Positions 30,301 to 39,298 are shown, numbered from the stretch's first letter. The stretch: 64,000 nucleotides of DNA from an uncultured Erysipelotrichaceae bacterium (GCA_902793375.1 CADBDE010000004.1:20799-84798), one strand, 5' to 3'. The notes: generated from the sequence alone by a model not told the origin. Made by a program: numbers and translations.

Positions 30301-30403
30301 TTTTTTGTTCAATTTGACTATTCATTTTTAAATCTTGATTAAATACCCTATTACCGTTATTTTGTTGATTGCTATTTTTATGATTATTTGCAAAATAAGC
30401 CAT
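27398..30403 (-). CDS. T4SS-associated bifunctional cell-wall hydrolase (VirB1/CwlT-like: central glycoside-hydrolase-like region plus C-terminal NlpC/P60-CHAP peptidase)
   Basis: N/Q-rich N-terminus, a transmembrane anchor (ALLFFFGFCLPILLVFFLVIMLA) and a large extracellular region. The C-terminal peptidase motifs are CATSVRWALC...PGDLLFSDNLRGGADHIMLIVG, an NlpC/P60-type Cys...His arrangement. Confidence 0.6.
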   Translation of the reverse strand: MAYFANNHKNSNQQNNGNRVFNQDLKMNSQIEQKKPLYSNNGYNASNNYKNGIDQTGAMKSKMEQVKQKQKKESAKKAITKAASTAGPVAELATKAALNTPKGQKYLDAYTKADTESEGIRNVKREIQKDKRKITALLFFFGFCLPILLVFFLVIMLAKTADSQIYSNENGGTVQSESYIEDDKIVNIFANYPGLYEKIVDKVNKVSDQYKVEIDRYLIIATLITPINNEIIQPIENESSCGEDKCYSFNGKIVTWKEFLSSWGDQAELLSKMQLLTYINNQNEIKVNCGSKQTMEQYAQNDLETNEFPWYGWLNPVNWFKGFRDAVGAEVNAKCTDAPNGELSIVPTVRVLSTKQGKNYLTNNKDNEYEYVKDPDSGGVYFWNLLNKNGFIHKYLKDYLSSEGDNDLDKNYEINKKTIIEVTNDIYSYYESIRKDCNGYPVIKGGLDKIKFREDPNSPIYTLDFEDIFVGGSVLATFNTSGEVAKAQAILTRSEAYYNIVERGADVITGTQTMGCWWWKYNPTYDPSYEDQKDNPNYDPDYPKIHYPEIYKAVTETRGIVVTPYDKDNVLETEYDAFCPTTSKPINGFYYLPDGQRNLPIKDSYLTDSSRKRAECPCFQSNNDMPGTQYSDTLENLLRKKVGKPAQTTTETCWTPTGSSKTDEDGNVLYGYKYHATGGHGRGVSQHGMAYFSKFGYDAHALIKLFLERGNVSYGVSFKRLEDSIKEGECPNYAIYKRDNESGKGSGNSGSSSGEFNEEHNHMEIVGGTPIRATIGNAVSKTGHTIGDLNNCIGEQVSNAGMGTREAVVEAGFQLLKCTSDMTGGYTYPYDHQGGRVDGGRNPDINGKLGVNGAWGGAGSGLNCATSVRWALCNGGMDWCTKGSTYAVGMFDASLYPGSVRITLYPNFRVTAGSTSISSAEEAFDSIKPGDLLFSDNLRGGADHIMLIVGKTDNAINIAENGSKTRNISKSELLGSSQKTYEVMLLDDYYANESNRNSLSW

Positions 30404-30478
30404 ATTATCACCACCTTATTATAAATATCAACCTATTTTAATTATAACACTTATAGAGTAAAAATCATAGAAAAAGAC

Positions 30479-30507
30479 ACAAAAAAAAGACTACTTTTGT
30501 AGTCTTA
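30479..30507 (-). terminator. intrinsic terminator-like hairpin between virB4 and the hydrolase gene
   Basis: The minus strand reads AAGACTAC-AAAA-GTAGTCTT followed by a T8-9 run, 5 nt after the VirB4 C-terminal part's stop. Confidence 0.4.
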
Positions 30508-30511
30508 ATTT

Positions 30512-32299
30512 CTATAATCCTCCGCCACTTCCAAATGCAGATAATTCTTCTGGAGTAACGACAACATTTATTCTCATTCTCTTGCTTCCACAAACAAACA
30601 AAGCTTCACCTTGATTATACTGTTTAATACTTTCTTTTTCATTATCATTTAAGTCAATTAATAAACCTAAATCTTCAGCTGCTTGTTTTTTAAGTCCCAT
30701 TACTATGTAATAAGAAGCATTATCAAATATTGCTTTTCCTTGCATCAATACGCCAGGTGCAGCAAAGTCACTTGGCTGTTGAGTAATAATAATTGTTCCA
30801 GTATTATACTTTCTTGCACGACGTTGAACTTGTGCTAAGAAATCAGCTCCTAAACTATTGTTATCACCAAGCAATACGTGAGCTTCATCAACCATTAATA
30901 CTGTATCAACTTCTTTATCTAAACATAATCCCCAAGCATATTTTAATATATTAAAGAACAAAGCATTTTTAATATTTTCTTCTGCATTCATTAATTCTTT
31001 TATATTAAATACAATAAAATCACTATCAGTTTCTATTGTTGTTTTTCCATCAAAGAAATATTTTAAATCTTTTGTAAGTGGTCTTATTTTAAGTTCAAGT
31101 CTTTCCATAATATCACGTTCTTGAGTGTGATCAGTCATAGAAAGAAGTATTGCTTTTATTGTCTCATATACATCAGAAAATGTTGGATAATCTTCTGGTT
31201 TAAAGTTATAAAAATCCTTATCAAAATCTATTCCAAATCTCTTATAAGTATCTTGAACTACTTCACTAAATAACGCCAAAACATCTTCTTCAATTGATGG
31301 ATCATAATACTTCATAAATGCTTTTAAAAATTGTAAAGTTCTAGTAAGTACTGTATATCCTAATCCTTGTTTTATTTCCTCTTCATCAGCATCAATAGTA
31401 ATTTGTAAAGGGTTTATCATACCAAATTCTCCACCTTTACCTAAATCTATTGTATCTCCACCAAAGTTTTTAGTCATTTCAGCAAGTTCGTTTTCTGGAT
31501 CAATTGCTACAATTTGACAACCATTTCTAATATGGTTTCTAAGTAGTAATTTTGCAGTAGTAGATTTACCACTTCCAGAAGTACCTAATAAAATTAAGTT
31601 TGCATTATTTCTATTATTTTCTTTTTTAGTTTTATATAAGAATTGATTAAATAGTATTACTCCTCCTGAGAAATCTACTCCAAGAAGTACACTTAATCCA
31701 GGATCCTTAACACTATCAAAAATAAATGGATACATAGCTGCAATTGTTGGAGATGGAATAGGAGTTCCTACTCTATCCTCAATATCTTGTTTAGGGAAGA
31801 TTGGAAGCATTGATTTTAAAGCTTTTTCTTGTTCAAATCTTAATGCTACTCCTCTCATTTCCATTGCTTCTAAGTAACTTTTAACATTTACTTTTCTAAG
31901 TTCTAATTCTTCTTTTGTATCAGCAGTTATCATTATATGCATTTGAAAATCAAATATTTTAGATTGATTTGCTGCAATCATTGTTACAAATGATTCCAAA
32001 GACTCATAATCAAGTCTTATTCTCTCTTGCATAGTTCTATCTCTTTCATCCTGATACTTTTGTTTCAAATCAGCTATTTGTTTATTAAGCATCTTTGACA
32101 CTGTAGAGAATGGTACTGGAATATGCTTAATAACAATTTTAATTCCAGGCATACTAGTTAAATTTGATAAATAACCAGGTGAAATATATTTAGGAAATGA
32201 TACAACTGTCAAAATTGTTGCATATTTATCACTAATAAATAATTCACTTGGATAGAATTGAAGCCCCTTTGGAGCGATTTCAGATTTTATACTAACCAT
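30512..32299 (-). CDS. VirB4-family T4SS ATPase, C-terminal ATPase portion
   Basis: Walker A LILLGTSGSGKSTTAK, Walker B TVLMVDEAHVLL and the QQPSDF motif. It overlaps the upstream VirB4 N-domain ORF by 8 nt (ATGGTTAG). Confidence 0.8.
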   Translation of the reverse strand: MVSIKSEIAPKGLQFYPSELFISDKYATILTVVSFPKYISPGYLSNLTSMPGIKIVIKHIPVPFSTVSKMLNKQIADLKQKYQDERDRTMQERIRLDYESLESFVTMIAANQSKIFDFQMHIMITADTKEELELRKVNVKSYLEAMEMRGVALRFEQEKALKSMLPIFPKQDIEDRVGTPIPSPTIAAMYPFIFDSVKDPGLSVLLGVDFSGGVILFNQFLYKTKKENNRNNANLILLGTSGSGKSTTAKLLLRNHIRNGCQIVAIDPENELAEMTKNFGGDTIDLGKGGEFGMINPLQITIDADEEEIKQGLGYTVLTRTLQFLKAFMKYYDPSIEEDVLALFSEVVQDTYKRFGIDFDKDFYNFKPEDYPTFSDVYETIKAILLSMTDHTQERDIMERLELKIRPLTKDLKYFFDGKTTIETDSDFIVFNIKELMNAEENIKNALFFNILKYAWGLCLDKEVDTVLMVDEAHVLLGDNNSLGADFLAQVQRRARKYNTGTIIITQQPSDFAAPGVLMQGKAIFDNASYYIVMGLKKQAAEDLGLLIDLNDNEKESIKQYNQGEALFVCGSKRMRINVVVTPEELSAFGSGGGL

Positions 32300-32843
32300 T
32301 GTTGCTCACCACCGTTCCAAATTCAGTTTTTTTGCCACCATTTAAGAAGTTATCTAATATTACTCTTAAATCTTCATTTGAAGTTTGCTGTGCAGAAAGT
32401 CCTGCTGTTGCAAAAGAATTTATTAGATTTCTAATCTTCTTTTGAATTAAATCAGGATCCTTTTCTTTAAACAACAAATAGTATTCTGTATCAACAACAT
32501 TATTATTAATAAATGATGTTCCTTTATTAATATCTTCAGCAATTAGTTTTCTTATTGCAGGAGATTGCTCTTGATTATATAAAAGTTGAAGTTGTGACAT
32601 ATAAACAGATATATCTACAGGTCTATCTGCAACAACTAACCAAAACTCATAATCTATTTGATTATATAAATTTCTTAAATTAACTAAAGTAGCTTGTTGA
32701 GATTCATAATCTAGAATAAAGATATTTTTAGGTTCTATTTTAACTCCAGTAACCTTATCTTTATTATTCAAGATTATTGCTCCACCATTTATTCCTCTAA
32801 TTGGTAACCAATCTTCTGTAGATCTACTTCCTGATTTCGCCAT
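32292..32843 (-). CDS. VirB4 N-terminal domain encoded as a separate ORF
   Basis: STEDWLPIRGINGGAIILNNKDKVTGVKIEPKNIFIL resembles the N-terminal domain of PrgJ/Orf16/TcpF-type VirB4 (DW[IL]PI...G.I.L.dG......ei.p.N..L). The ORF stops 8 nt inside the start of the ATPase ORF. The start is taken at MAKSG; the track's longer start at 32888 overlaps the upstream gene. Confidence 0.55.
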   Translation of the reverse strand: MAKSGSRSTEDWLPIRGINGGAIILNNKDKVTGVKIEPKNIFILDYESQQATLVNLRNLYNQIDYEFWLVVADRPVDISVYMSQLQLLYNQEQSPAIRKLIAEDINKGTSFINNNVVDTEYYLLFKEKDPDLIQKKIRNLINSFATAGLSAQQTSNEDLRVILDNFLNGGKKTEFGTVVSNNG

Positions 32844-33150
32844 CTTTAAAACACCAACCTCTCCATTTATACTTTTGTTGATTAACAAAGTAAAAATTAT
32901 ATATTGCTTGTAATAATACTAATACATTATGTTGATAAGGAATAGGTAGTACTAAAAGTAAACATATTCCAACAGGGATCAACGTTGCTACTGCAATCCA
33001 AGTATTATCCATTTCATCTTGAAATATAATTAATAGAATAAATGATACTAATACGCCAAAAAGGAAAATAAATAAATCAATTCCTCTAAAATAGCCAAGT
33101 ATCAATCTACCTCTATTGGCATTCGCAGGTATCAAATAATTACCATCCAC
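32824..33150 (-). CDS. VirB3/PrgI-like small membrane protein
   Basis: 108 aa with two hydrophobic helices, directly upstream of VirB4, as in Tn916 orf17 / PrgI / TcpE. The call rests on position and topology only. Confidence 0.4.
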   Translation of the reverse strand: MDGNYLIPANANRGRLILGYFRGIDLFIFLFGVLVSFILLIIFQDEMDNTWIAVATLIPVGICLLLVLPIPYQHNVLVLLQAIYNFYFVNQQKYKWRGWCFKDGEIRK

Positions 33151-33168
33151 TAGCTATCACATCCCTTT

Positions 33169-35256
33169 CTATTTTTTACTAGCACTATATTTATCATTAG
33201 CTTTTTTTCTTGATTGTTCAAGTTTTTTCGTTGCATTTTCACGTCCTAAGCGTTCTTGACTCTTCTTCAATTGTCCTCTACTTCTAACATCAATTTTTTC
33301 TCCAGAATCATTTTTAATTCCAGCTTTATTTACATTATTCATATGTGTTTCAATAGTCATATCTTCTATATCGTAAACAGTATTACCATTAGCATCAGTA
33401 TGAGCATAATTTGGATTATTAGCTTTTAATAAATAGTCTTCCTCATTTTCCTTTAATAAATTTCCTTTACCAAAAGCAATATCTTCAAGATTAATATCAT
33501 GAATCGTTCCAGTTTCATCAGCAATTCTAACAGTAGTAGCTCCAGAAGATGCTGCAGCATCATATGCAGCCATTGTCTCTTTATAATTGAATTTTACTCC
33601 ATCTAAAGAGTTTCCCACTCTATCAACAAAACTACTTCCATCACGTTTTTTACCCAAAGAACCAAACGTTGAATTTGACTTAACCATTTCACTAGATGCT
33701 CTATCAGTAACAGCTTTAAGAAGCGCTTGAGCATTTTCATTTTGTTGGATCTCTCTCCCAACTCTAGCTGCTGCAGTTTCACCAGTAAAAGTCCTACTTG
33801 CACCAGAACCAATTCTACCAAATAAAGTTCCACCATTTCTTCTATAATCAAAACTTGCAGCATTTCTATCTTGTTGCTTTTTAAGAACTGATTTTAACCC
33901 TGCATCTTTTCCAGTTAATCCACTAGCCATGGCAGCTGTTCCTCCAGCTAAACCAGATAGTCCAGCTCCAATATTTCTTAAAGAATTTCTAACATGTTGT
34001 CCTTTAAAATAGTCTTGATTTCCTTCATGTTGAGCTTTAATGTTACCAACCGTTGATCCAACTACTCCAGCAGTTCCAACTGCAGCACCTGCAACAAGGC
34101 CTGCTGCTTTTCCAACAGATTTAACATCATCAAATAATCCTTTACCATCACTCTTAAGTCCCATAGCATCCTTAATAAACTTAGGCGCCTCTTTAGCAAA
34201 GAATATTAAACCAAGTATCAAAAGAATCGTTAAATAAGTTCCTCTAAATCCTGTATCTTTAGGGAAATTAGAGAACAATCCTCCAGATTCTCTAGAATTA
34301 ACAATTAAATGAATAAATACCACAATTATATATACAAGTCCTAGTTTAAAGAATATATCTAAGAATGTACTAGTTAAACTTTTAACCCACTTACTAAATG
34401 CCCCATCCTTACTACCCTTAGGGTCAATAAGTGACATTATAGGAACTGGTGCTATAGCTTCAAGAATCATTAATTTAAATATACGTTTTGCAAGATCTAA
34501 TGTAATTCCTAATAAAAGCAACGCTACTAAAACTCCAACAACAGTTGATATAAATGGCATATAGCTATATTTATAATATACTGCTGCAGTATGTCCTAAA
34601 ATTCCCGCATCTATATTAATTCCCTTATTACAATGTAAATTAATATTATTTGAAAAATCATCAAGAGTTTCAATTTGTGGTGTATTTTCGTAAGTACCAT
34701 CACCACATACACTATCTAAGTCTGGCGATGGTGCAAAGAAGCCTCTGAGAGTATTAATCGTAATATCATTCGCCGACTGCTCGATCGAATCGGTAAATTT
34801 CTGATTAGAATTATCACCAGCAGAAAGTCCTCCAACACTATTAACTCCAAATATTACTTTTGGAAGTGATGGAAGGAAAGCTGTTTGCGCTCTAGATAAT
34901 AATCCTTGTCCACCATTTTGACCAAATAAAATTGTAGGTAAGAATACTAAAGCACTTATCATCACAAAAGTTCTTATTAAAAGTTTAGAAAGGCTTTTGT
35001 CACTTTTTCCAGTCATTGATTCTGGATCAATTATATATTGAAAGAAAGCAAATGATAGTTTAAAGGCCATAAAAATTCCTAAAATAACATAGATTCGACT
35101 ATATATTCCACTGAACACTTCTGAATTAGTAGATAGATTTGCTAAATCAAATATTCCAAAAAGAATCCATCTAATTAATCCATAAACAAGTTTATCTAAA
35201 AAGCCAAAAAACTCTCTAACACGGTCCATAAACCAGCCTTGTTCCTGTAATCCCAT
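33169..35256 (-). CDS. VirB6-like polytopic membrane protein (TcpH/Orf15-like)
   Basis: At least 6 transmembrane helices spread over about 450 aa, followed by a hydrophilic G/A/K-rich tail. The size and topology are typical of Gram-positive VirB6 analogues, and it sits between VirB3-like and VirB8-like genes. Confidence 0.5.
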   Translation of the reverse strand: MGLQEQGWFMDRVREFFGFLDKLVYGLIRWILFGIFDLANLSTNSEVFSGIYSRIYVILGIFMAFKLSFAFFQYIIDPESMTGKSDKSLSKLLIRTFVMISALVFLPTILFGQNGGQGLLSRAQTAFLPSLPKVIFGVNSVGGLSAGDNSNQKFTDSIEQSANDITINTLRGFFAPSPDLDSVCGDGTYENTPQIETLDDFSNNINLHCNKGINIDAGILGHTAAVYYKYSYMPFISTVVGVLVALLLLGITLDLAKRIFKLMILEAIAPVPIMSLIDPKGSKDGAFSKWVKSLTSTFLDIFFKLGLVYIIVVFIHLIVNSRESGGLFSNFPKDTGFRGTYLTILLILGLIFFAKEAPKFIKDAMGLKSDGKGLFDDVKSVGKAAGLVAGAAVGTAGVVGSTVGNIKAQHEGNQDYFKGQHVRNSLRNIGAGLSGLAGGTAAMASGLTGKDAGLKSVLKKQQDRNAASFDYRRNGGTLFGRIGSGASRTFTGETAAARVGREIQQNENAQALLKAVTDRASSEMVKSNSTFGSLGKKRDGSSFVDRVGNSLDGVKFNYKETMAAYDAAASSGATTVRIADETGTIHDINLEDIAFGKGNLLKENEEDYLLKANNPNYAHTDANGNTVYDIEDMTIETHMNNVNKAGIKNDSGEKIDVRSRGQLKKSQERLGRENATKKLEQSRKKANDKYSASKK

Positions 35257-35345
35257 ATAATCACCTACTTTCTCATTCTACATATAATTTATTATAGCAT
35301 AAAAAAAAATAATAATAAACAAATTATTATTATTTTTAATATTTT

Positions 35346-36560
35346 TTATTCACTAAAAAATTTTATTTGATAAGGATTATCTATAGTCCCATTTCCTTCT
35401 TGATAAATAGCTCTTCCACCAATTTTTATTGTTGGTCTAATATCAGCTTTATAGTTACATAAACTTAAATCTACATACTTTTTAGATACAGAATAAGCTT
35501 CGTTTGTATTTTCACTATTTGCAGTTAATAACCACCAAAAATCATCAAAACTTGACATATAATTAAAGTTTCCGCAACTTTTTGAAACAATAGTATCGCA
35601 CCCTGGATCAAGTGAAGCACTCATATAGTAATATGCAGGAAGAAGTCCAACATATTGATCTTCAAGAATAACTTTACATTCTGTTTTTCCACTGTTATCT
35701 TTATCCTCTGTACTTCTCTTACCAATACATAAATTCATTGGAACAGTTAAATAATTTGTCTTTTCACTAAATTTTTCTTTATCTTTTAAAACTAGTGTAC
35801 CATTATAGAATTCTTTAATTGCCTTATACGCTGAACTTTCTAGTCCATTTGATTCAAATGTATTAACACCTTGATATTTAGCTACTTCTTCATTATATTT
35901 ATCGTCCCATGCAATAGCTCTTTGAGAATGTTCATTATAAATAAGTAACATATCATTATTATTGTCAATTGACACAATTCTATATAAGTTGTCATCAATT
36001 TTTATAAAATTATTTACTTCATCTCCTCTAAACACATACTCAAAATCATCACTAGTTCCCATATTTAAATCACTATCATCTAAAATAAATTTACCATCTA
36101 CTCTTTGATATAGTCCAGATCCATGTGTAACTCCACTATCATTATCTTCTATAACTTTATCAACAAGTTTTACAGTTTGATGATATGATCCACATGTCAA
36201 ATCAGGAACGTAATCAAATTTATCATTTCCTGCATTATAAATATTTACTCCACCTACACAAGTTGTCTCATCTTTTGCATACTCTGAAATATCTTTAATA
36301 TATTCTTCTTGCTCTAAAATATCTGCTGATAGATAATAAGGATCAGAAAGTGGTGATTCTGGAAGAACATCTATACCTTGCTTTTTCTTATCTCCAACAT
36401 ATTTTTTAGCAGCATCTACTAATTTAGTTTCTATTTTATCATATGTATATTTTACTCCACCAGTTGTAGAATTAAAAATAATAGCAAAAATTATTATAAC
36501 AACTAAAACACAACCTAGAATAATACCATATTTAATCAATTTCTTATCCATTAAAAACAC
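35346..36560 (-). CDS. N-terminally membrane-anchored extracytoplasmic protein (possible VirB8/TcpC-like)
   Basis: A single N-terminal transmembrane helix (IILGCVLVVIIIFAIIF) and a ~370-aa extracellular part with 8 cysteines. The assignment rests on topology and context only. Confidence 0.35.
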   Translation of the reverse strand: MFLMDKKLIKYGIILGCVLVVIIIFAIIFNSTTGGVKYTYDKIETKLVDAAKKYVGDKKKQGIDVLPESPLSDPYYLSADILEQEEYIKDISEYAKDETTCVGGVNIYNAGNDKFDYVPDLTCGSYHQTVKLVDKVIEDNDSGVTHGSGLYQRVDGKFILDDSDLNMGTSDDFEYVFRGDEVNNFIKIDDNLYRIVSIDNNNDMLLIYNEHSQRAIAWDDKYNEEVAKYQGVNTFESNGLESSAYKAIKEFYNGTLVLKDKEKFSEKTNYLTVPMNLCIGKRSTEDKDNSGKTECKVILEDQYVGLLPAYYYMSASLDPGCDTIVSKSCGNFNYMSSFDDFWWLLTANSENTNEAYSVSKKYVDLSLCNYKADIRPTIKIGGRAIYQEGNGTIDNPYQIKFFSE

Positions 36561-36633
36561 CTCTAATTATATTTTATCAAAGTAATTGAAAAATACAAGA
36601 AAAAAGGAAGTTTTTAAACTTCCTTTACATCCA

Positions 36634-36966
36634 TTATCTACTTCTCCAACAAGCTGACCAACTAGTTGAATTAGTTCCTCCATCGCTTTCTTCACCTTTA
36701 CCAACTAATCCCATTACAGCATCAACTAATGTAACAGCAAAGAATACAGCTACAGCAGCAATAGCACGTTTAATAAACTTACTTGTTGCTCCTTTAATTT
36801 CTTTATCATCACTAGCCATAACAGCTTTTGCTAAATCTAATACACCAAAAATTAACAATGCAATAGGAACAAAAATTTTGATAATGTTAAATAAAGCTTT
36901 AATAACTGATACTATTGGTCCTAATCCACCACAAACATCATCAGCTGCAATTAAAAATAAATCCAT
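36634..36966 (-). CDS. small two-transmembrane-helix protein (VirB2/TrbC-like or TcpD-like)
   Basis: 110 aa with two hydrophobic helices, IFVPIALLIFGVLDLAKAV and AIAAVAVFFAVTLVDAVMGLV, separated by a charged loop. Confidence 0.35.
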   Translation of the reverse strand: MDLFLIAADDVCGGLGPIVSVIKALFNIIKIFVPIALLIFGVLDLAKAVMASDDKEIKGATSKFIKRAIAAVAVFFAVTLVDAVMGLVGKGEESDGGTNSTSWSACWRSR

Positions 36967-37031
36967 AATAACTCCTCCAATTTACATATAGTAATAATAC
37001 TATAAGTTTTACTTTTTGTCAATAATTCTTA

Positions 37032-38021
37032 TTATCTTGTAAGACCTAAATGTCTCAATAAATCAGCAATTATATTAGATCTTTCTCTATCATTCAAAGG
37101 TGGTATAACATAGAAAATATCAATACCAGCCTCAGATGCAAATTCTCTTATGTCAGCTTCACTCAAAGTTGATCTATTAATAATTACTTTTTTTCCTTTT
37201 AATTTAGAAAAAATAGTTCTATCTCTTAACATCAACTTATTTAACTTAATAACAGAAGGTTCTAACAAATATATCGTATCTTCACATACTGGATCGTCAT
37301 ATTCATTTAAATCAACTAAAACACAACTATATCCAACAGCTTTCATTATTTCTCTAGCTAAAGAACTTTTAGTTGTTGAAATCATGTTTTCTTCTCTAAA
37401 GAATGCAAAATCTCTTTTATCCACTTCAATAGCTAAAACAGACATCCCAAATGTTTCTTCAAGTTCTTTTTTCATCATATAAATCAATGAGCTTGCACCA
37501 GAACTATTTGTTACATTAACTACTCCTAATGATTTTACATTTGTATTATAACCACTATTGTTGTTTTGCATCATACTTCCACTAAAATCATTTTGACCTT
37601 GAACATTTTGATCAAAACCTGGTGGTTGATCAGGCATTGCTCCAATTTGATGCAAATGAGCAACTTCTTTATAAGTATTTGGAGTATTTAACAAATACAT
37701 TATTCCATCGCCATTTGTTGTAAAATTGTAATATCCCATAGATATCAATTTAGATAAAAAATAATTATTAGCCACAAGTGATGTTGGTGGTATTAATAAA
37801 ATTATCTTATCTATAGGAAGCCCAATAGATAATTTTTGATAAGTTACAATATCTTCATAATTTTGAAGAGCTGTAATATCAATTATCATTCTTGCAAAAA
37901 AGAAATTTGTAAAAGTACTAATTAATTCATCAGGAGAGAATGTTCCTCTAAGTGTTTTAATAACCTCAACATTAAGAGGGGTTATAACACTTTCTTGTTG
38001 ATTAACCACTAATACATTCAT
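37032..38021 (-). CDS. TadZ/CpaE-like protein (receiver-like N-terminus plus degenerate ParA/MinD-like domain)
   Basis: The N-terminal MNVLVVNQQESVITPLNVEVIK resembles a receiver domain. The C-terminal VVNVTNSSGASSLIY...VLVDLNEY...LLEPSVIKLNKL...VIINRS keeps the spacing of a ParA/MinD P-loop ATPase, but with the KGGxGK[ST]T motif replaced. It lies at the end of the tad block. Confidence 0.4.
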   Translation of the reverse strand: MNVLVVNQQESVITPLNVEVIKTLRGTFSPDELISTFTNFFFARMIIDITALQNYEDIVTYQKLSIGLPIDKIILLIPPTSLVANNYFLSKLISMGYYNFTTNGDGIMYLLNTPNTYKEVAHLHQIGAMPDQPPGFDQNVQGQNDFSGSMMQNNNSGYNTNVKSLGVVNVTNSSGASSLIYMMKKELEETFGMSVLAIEVDKRDFAFFREENMISTTKSSLAREIMKAVGYSCVLVDLNEYDDPVCEDTIYLLEPSVIKLNKLMLRDRTIFSKLKGKKVIINRSTLSEADIREFASEAGIDIFYVIPPLNDRERSNIIADLLRHLGLTR

Positions 38022-38040
38022 ATTCTAACCTTCTCCCATT

Positions 38041-38532
38041 TTATTCAACTGTTGTTTTTTTACACTTACTGCCAGCTCCTACGCCATTTTCAAAAACACA
38101 TAAATAGCATTGATCTTCAGTTCCATAGAACCAGTCTCCGGCACCTTCTTGATCAACAATATTTGTATTTTTATCATCTAATTTAATATTTCTTGTTTCA
38201 CCTTTAATAGTTGCTCTCATAGAAAGCCAGCTCCCAATAATAGGTAATCCTGTTACTGAGTATAATTCAACATAATAATATTCTCCCAATTTTGTTGGAA
38301 AAAATCTACATATTTTATAACTTCCATCTTCTTGATAACCCATTTCTTTTAATTGATCATCAATTTTATTATGAGTTATAACACCATTTTTTTTAATTAT
38401 ATAGTTTATAATTGTATTCTTCATTTTATATACACGAGCATATTTTATAATAAATGCACTAAATGTAATAAAAATGCTAAATAGGAACAAAACAATCCAA
38501 AAGATCATTGTTCCACCAATTGACTCACGCAT
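38041..38532 (-). CDS. TadE/pseudopilin-like membrane-anchored protein, paralog B
   Basis: MRESIGGTMIFWIVLFLFSIF..ARVYKMKN... has an N-terminus like TadE (R.E.G....). The C-terminal domain has a Cys pattern, C..(~45 aa)..CYLC..(10)..C. It shares the first ~40 aa (about 80% identical) and the overall architecture with the adjacent gene. Confidence 0.4.
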   Translation of the reverse strand: MRESIGGTMIFWIVLFLFSIFITFSAFIIKYARVYKMKNTIINYIIKKNGVITHNKIDDQLKEMGYQEDGSYKICRFFPTKLGEYYYVELYSVTGLPIIGSWLSMRATIKGETRNIKLDDKNTNIVDQEGAGDWFYGTEDQCYLCVFENGVGAGSKCKKTTVE

Positions 38533-38569
38533 TTATTATCAACTCCTTCTATTAAAACAAAGAAAATAA

Positions 38570-39058
38570 TTAATATTCGTCAGGCACTTCATATGATTCA
38601 CAATTTTCAACACCAATAGTGCAGAATTTGCATTCATTTTTTGGACTTAAAAACCAATTATTTTCTGCAGCATTACCAGGTTTAGTATTTTTAATTCTAG
38701 TACCAGTTTCTATAAGTCTTGTTTCTCCTTTAATTTTAATATTTAAAGAAAGAAAATTACCAACAATAGGGAACTCTGTCCTTGAAAATAATTCAACATA
38801 AAAATAGCCACCTTTTTCTTGCATTATATAACGGCATAATTTATATTGACCTTTCTCTGGATAACCAAGAAACAATAATTCATAGTCAAAATCTTCCTTT
38901 GAAGTTACACCCTCACTTCTTTCTATATAATTAATTATAGAGTTTTTTATTTTATAAACACGTGCGTATTTTACTATAAATGACATAAAAATTAGAAACA
39001 TACTTAATAAAAACAAAACTATCCAAAATAGCATTGTTCCACCAATGGATTCACGCAT
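38570..39058 (-). CDS. TadE/pseudopilin-like membrane-anchored protein, paralog A
   Basis: MRESIGGTMLFWIVLFLLSMF..ARVYKIKN.. with C-terminal cysteines (CRY...CKFC...C). It is a tandem paralog of 38041-38532. Confidence 0.4.
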   Translation of the reverse strand: MRESIGGTMLFWIVLFLLSMFLIFMSFIVKYARVYKIKNSIINYIERSEGVTSKEDFDYELLFLGYPEKGQYKLCRYIMQEKGGYFYVELFSRTEFPIVGNFLSLNIKIKGETRLIETGTRIKNTKPGNAAENNWFLSPKNECKFCTIGVENCESYEVPDEY

Positions 39059-39100
39059 TTATATCAACTCCTTATAACTATTATAAATATTAATTGCTAT

Positions 39101-39298
39101 CTAGCCAATTTTTTCGTCGCCTCTATAACAAACTGTTTTTCCACCTTCTTGATGACATTCTGTTGCTTCTGCATCATTCCATTTGTCTCCAACTGTATTT
39201 AGTATTTGAGGTAAGAAAAATGTAACAAACGCTAATACAGCAGCTATAGCTATAATAGTAACTAATGTCATATTTAATTCTCCAGTCGCTTCTTTCAT
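39101..39298 (-). CDS. Flp/type-IV-pilin-like small protein (candidate major pilin)
   Basis: 65 aa: MKEATG|ELNMTLVTIIAIAAVLAFVTFFLPQ then a hydrophilic tail with 2 Cys. A short charged leader ends in G, followed by a ~22-aa hydrophobic helix, and the gene sits between tadC and the tadE-like genes. It lacks a canonical GxxxxEY or GFTLIE motif. Confidence 0.4.
   Translation of the reverse strand: MKEATGELNMTLVTIIAIAAVLAFVTFFLPQILNTVGDKWNDAEATECHQEGGKTVCYRGDEKIG

Noticed and set aside
33603-34237. ORFs 33603-33863 (-) and 34040-34237 (+) inside the VirB6-like gene
   Set aside because: These are alternative-frame or antisense artefacts. The 34040 ORF is the antisense of a G/A-rich segment.
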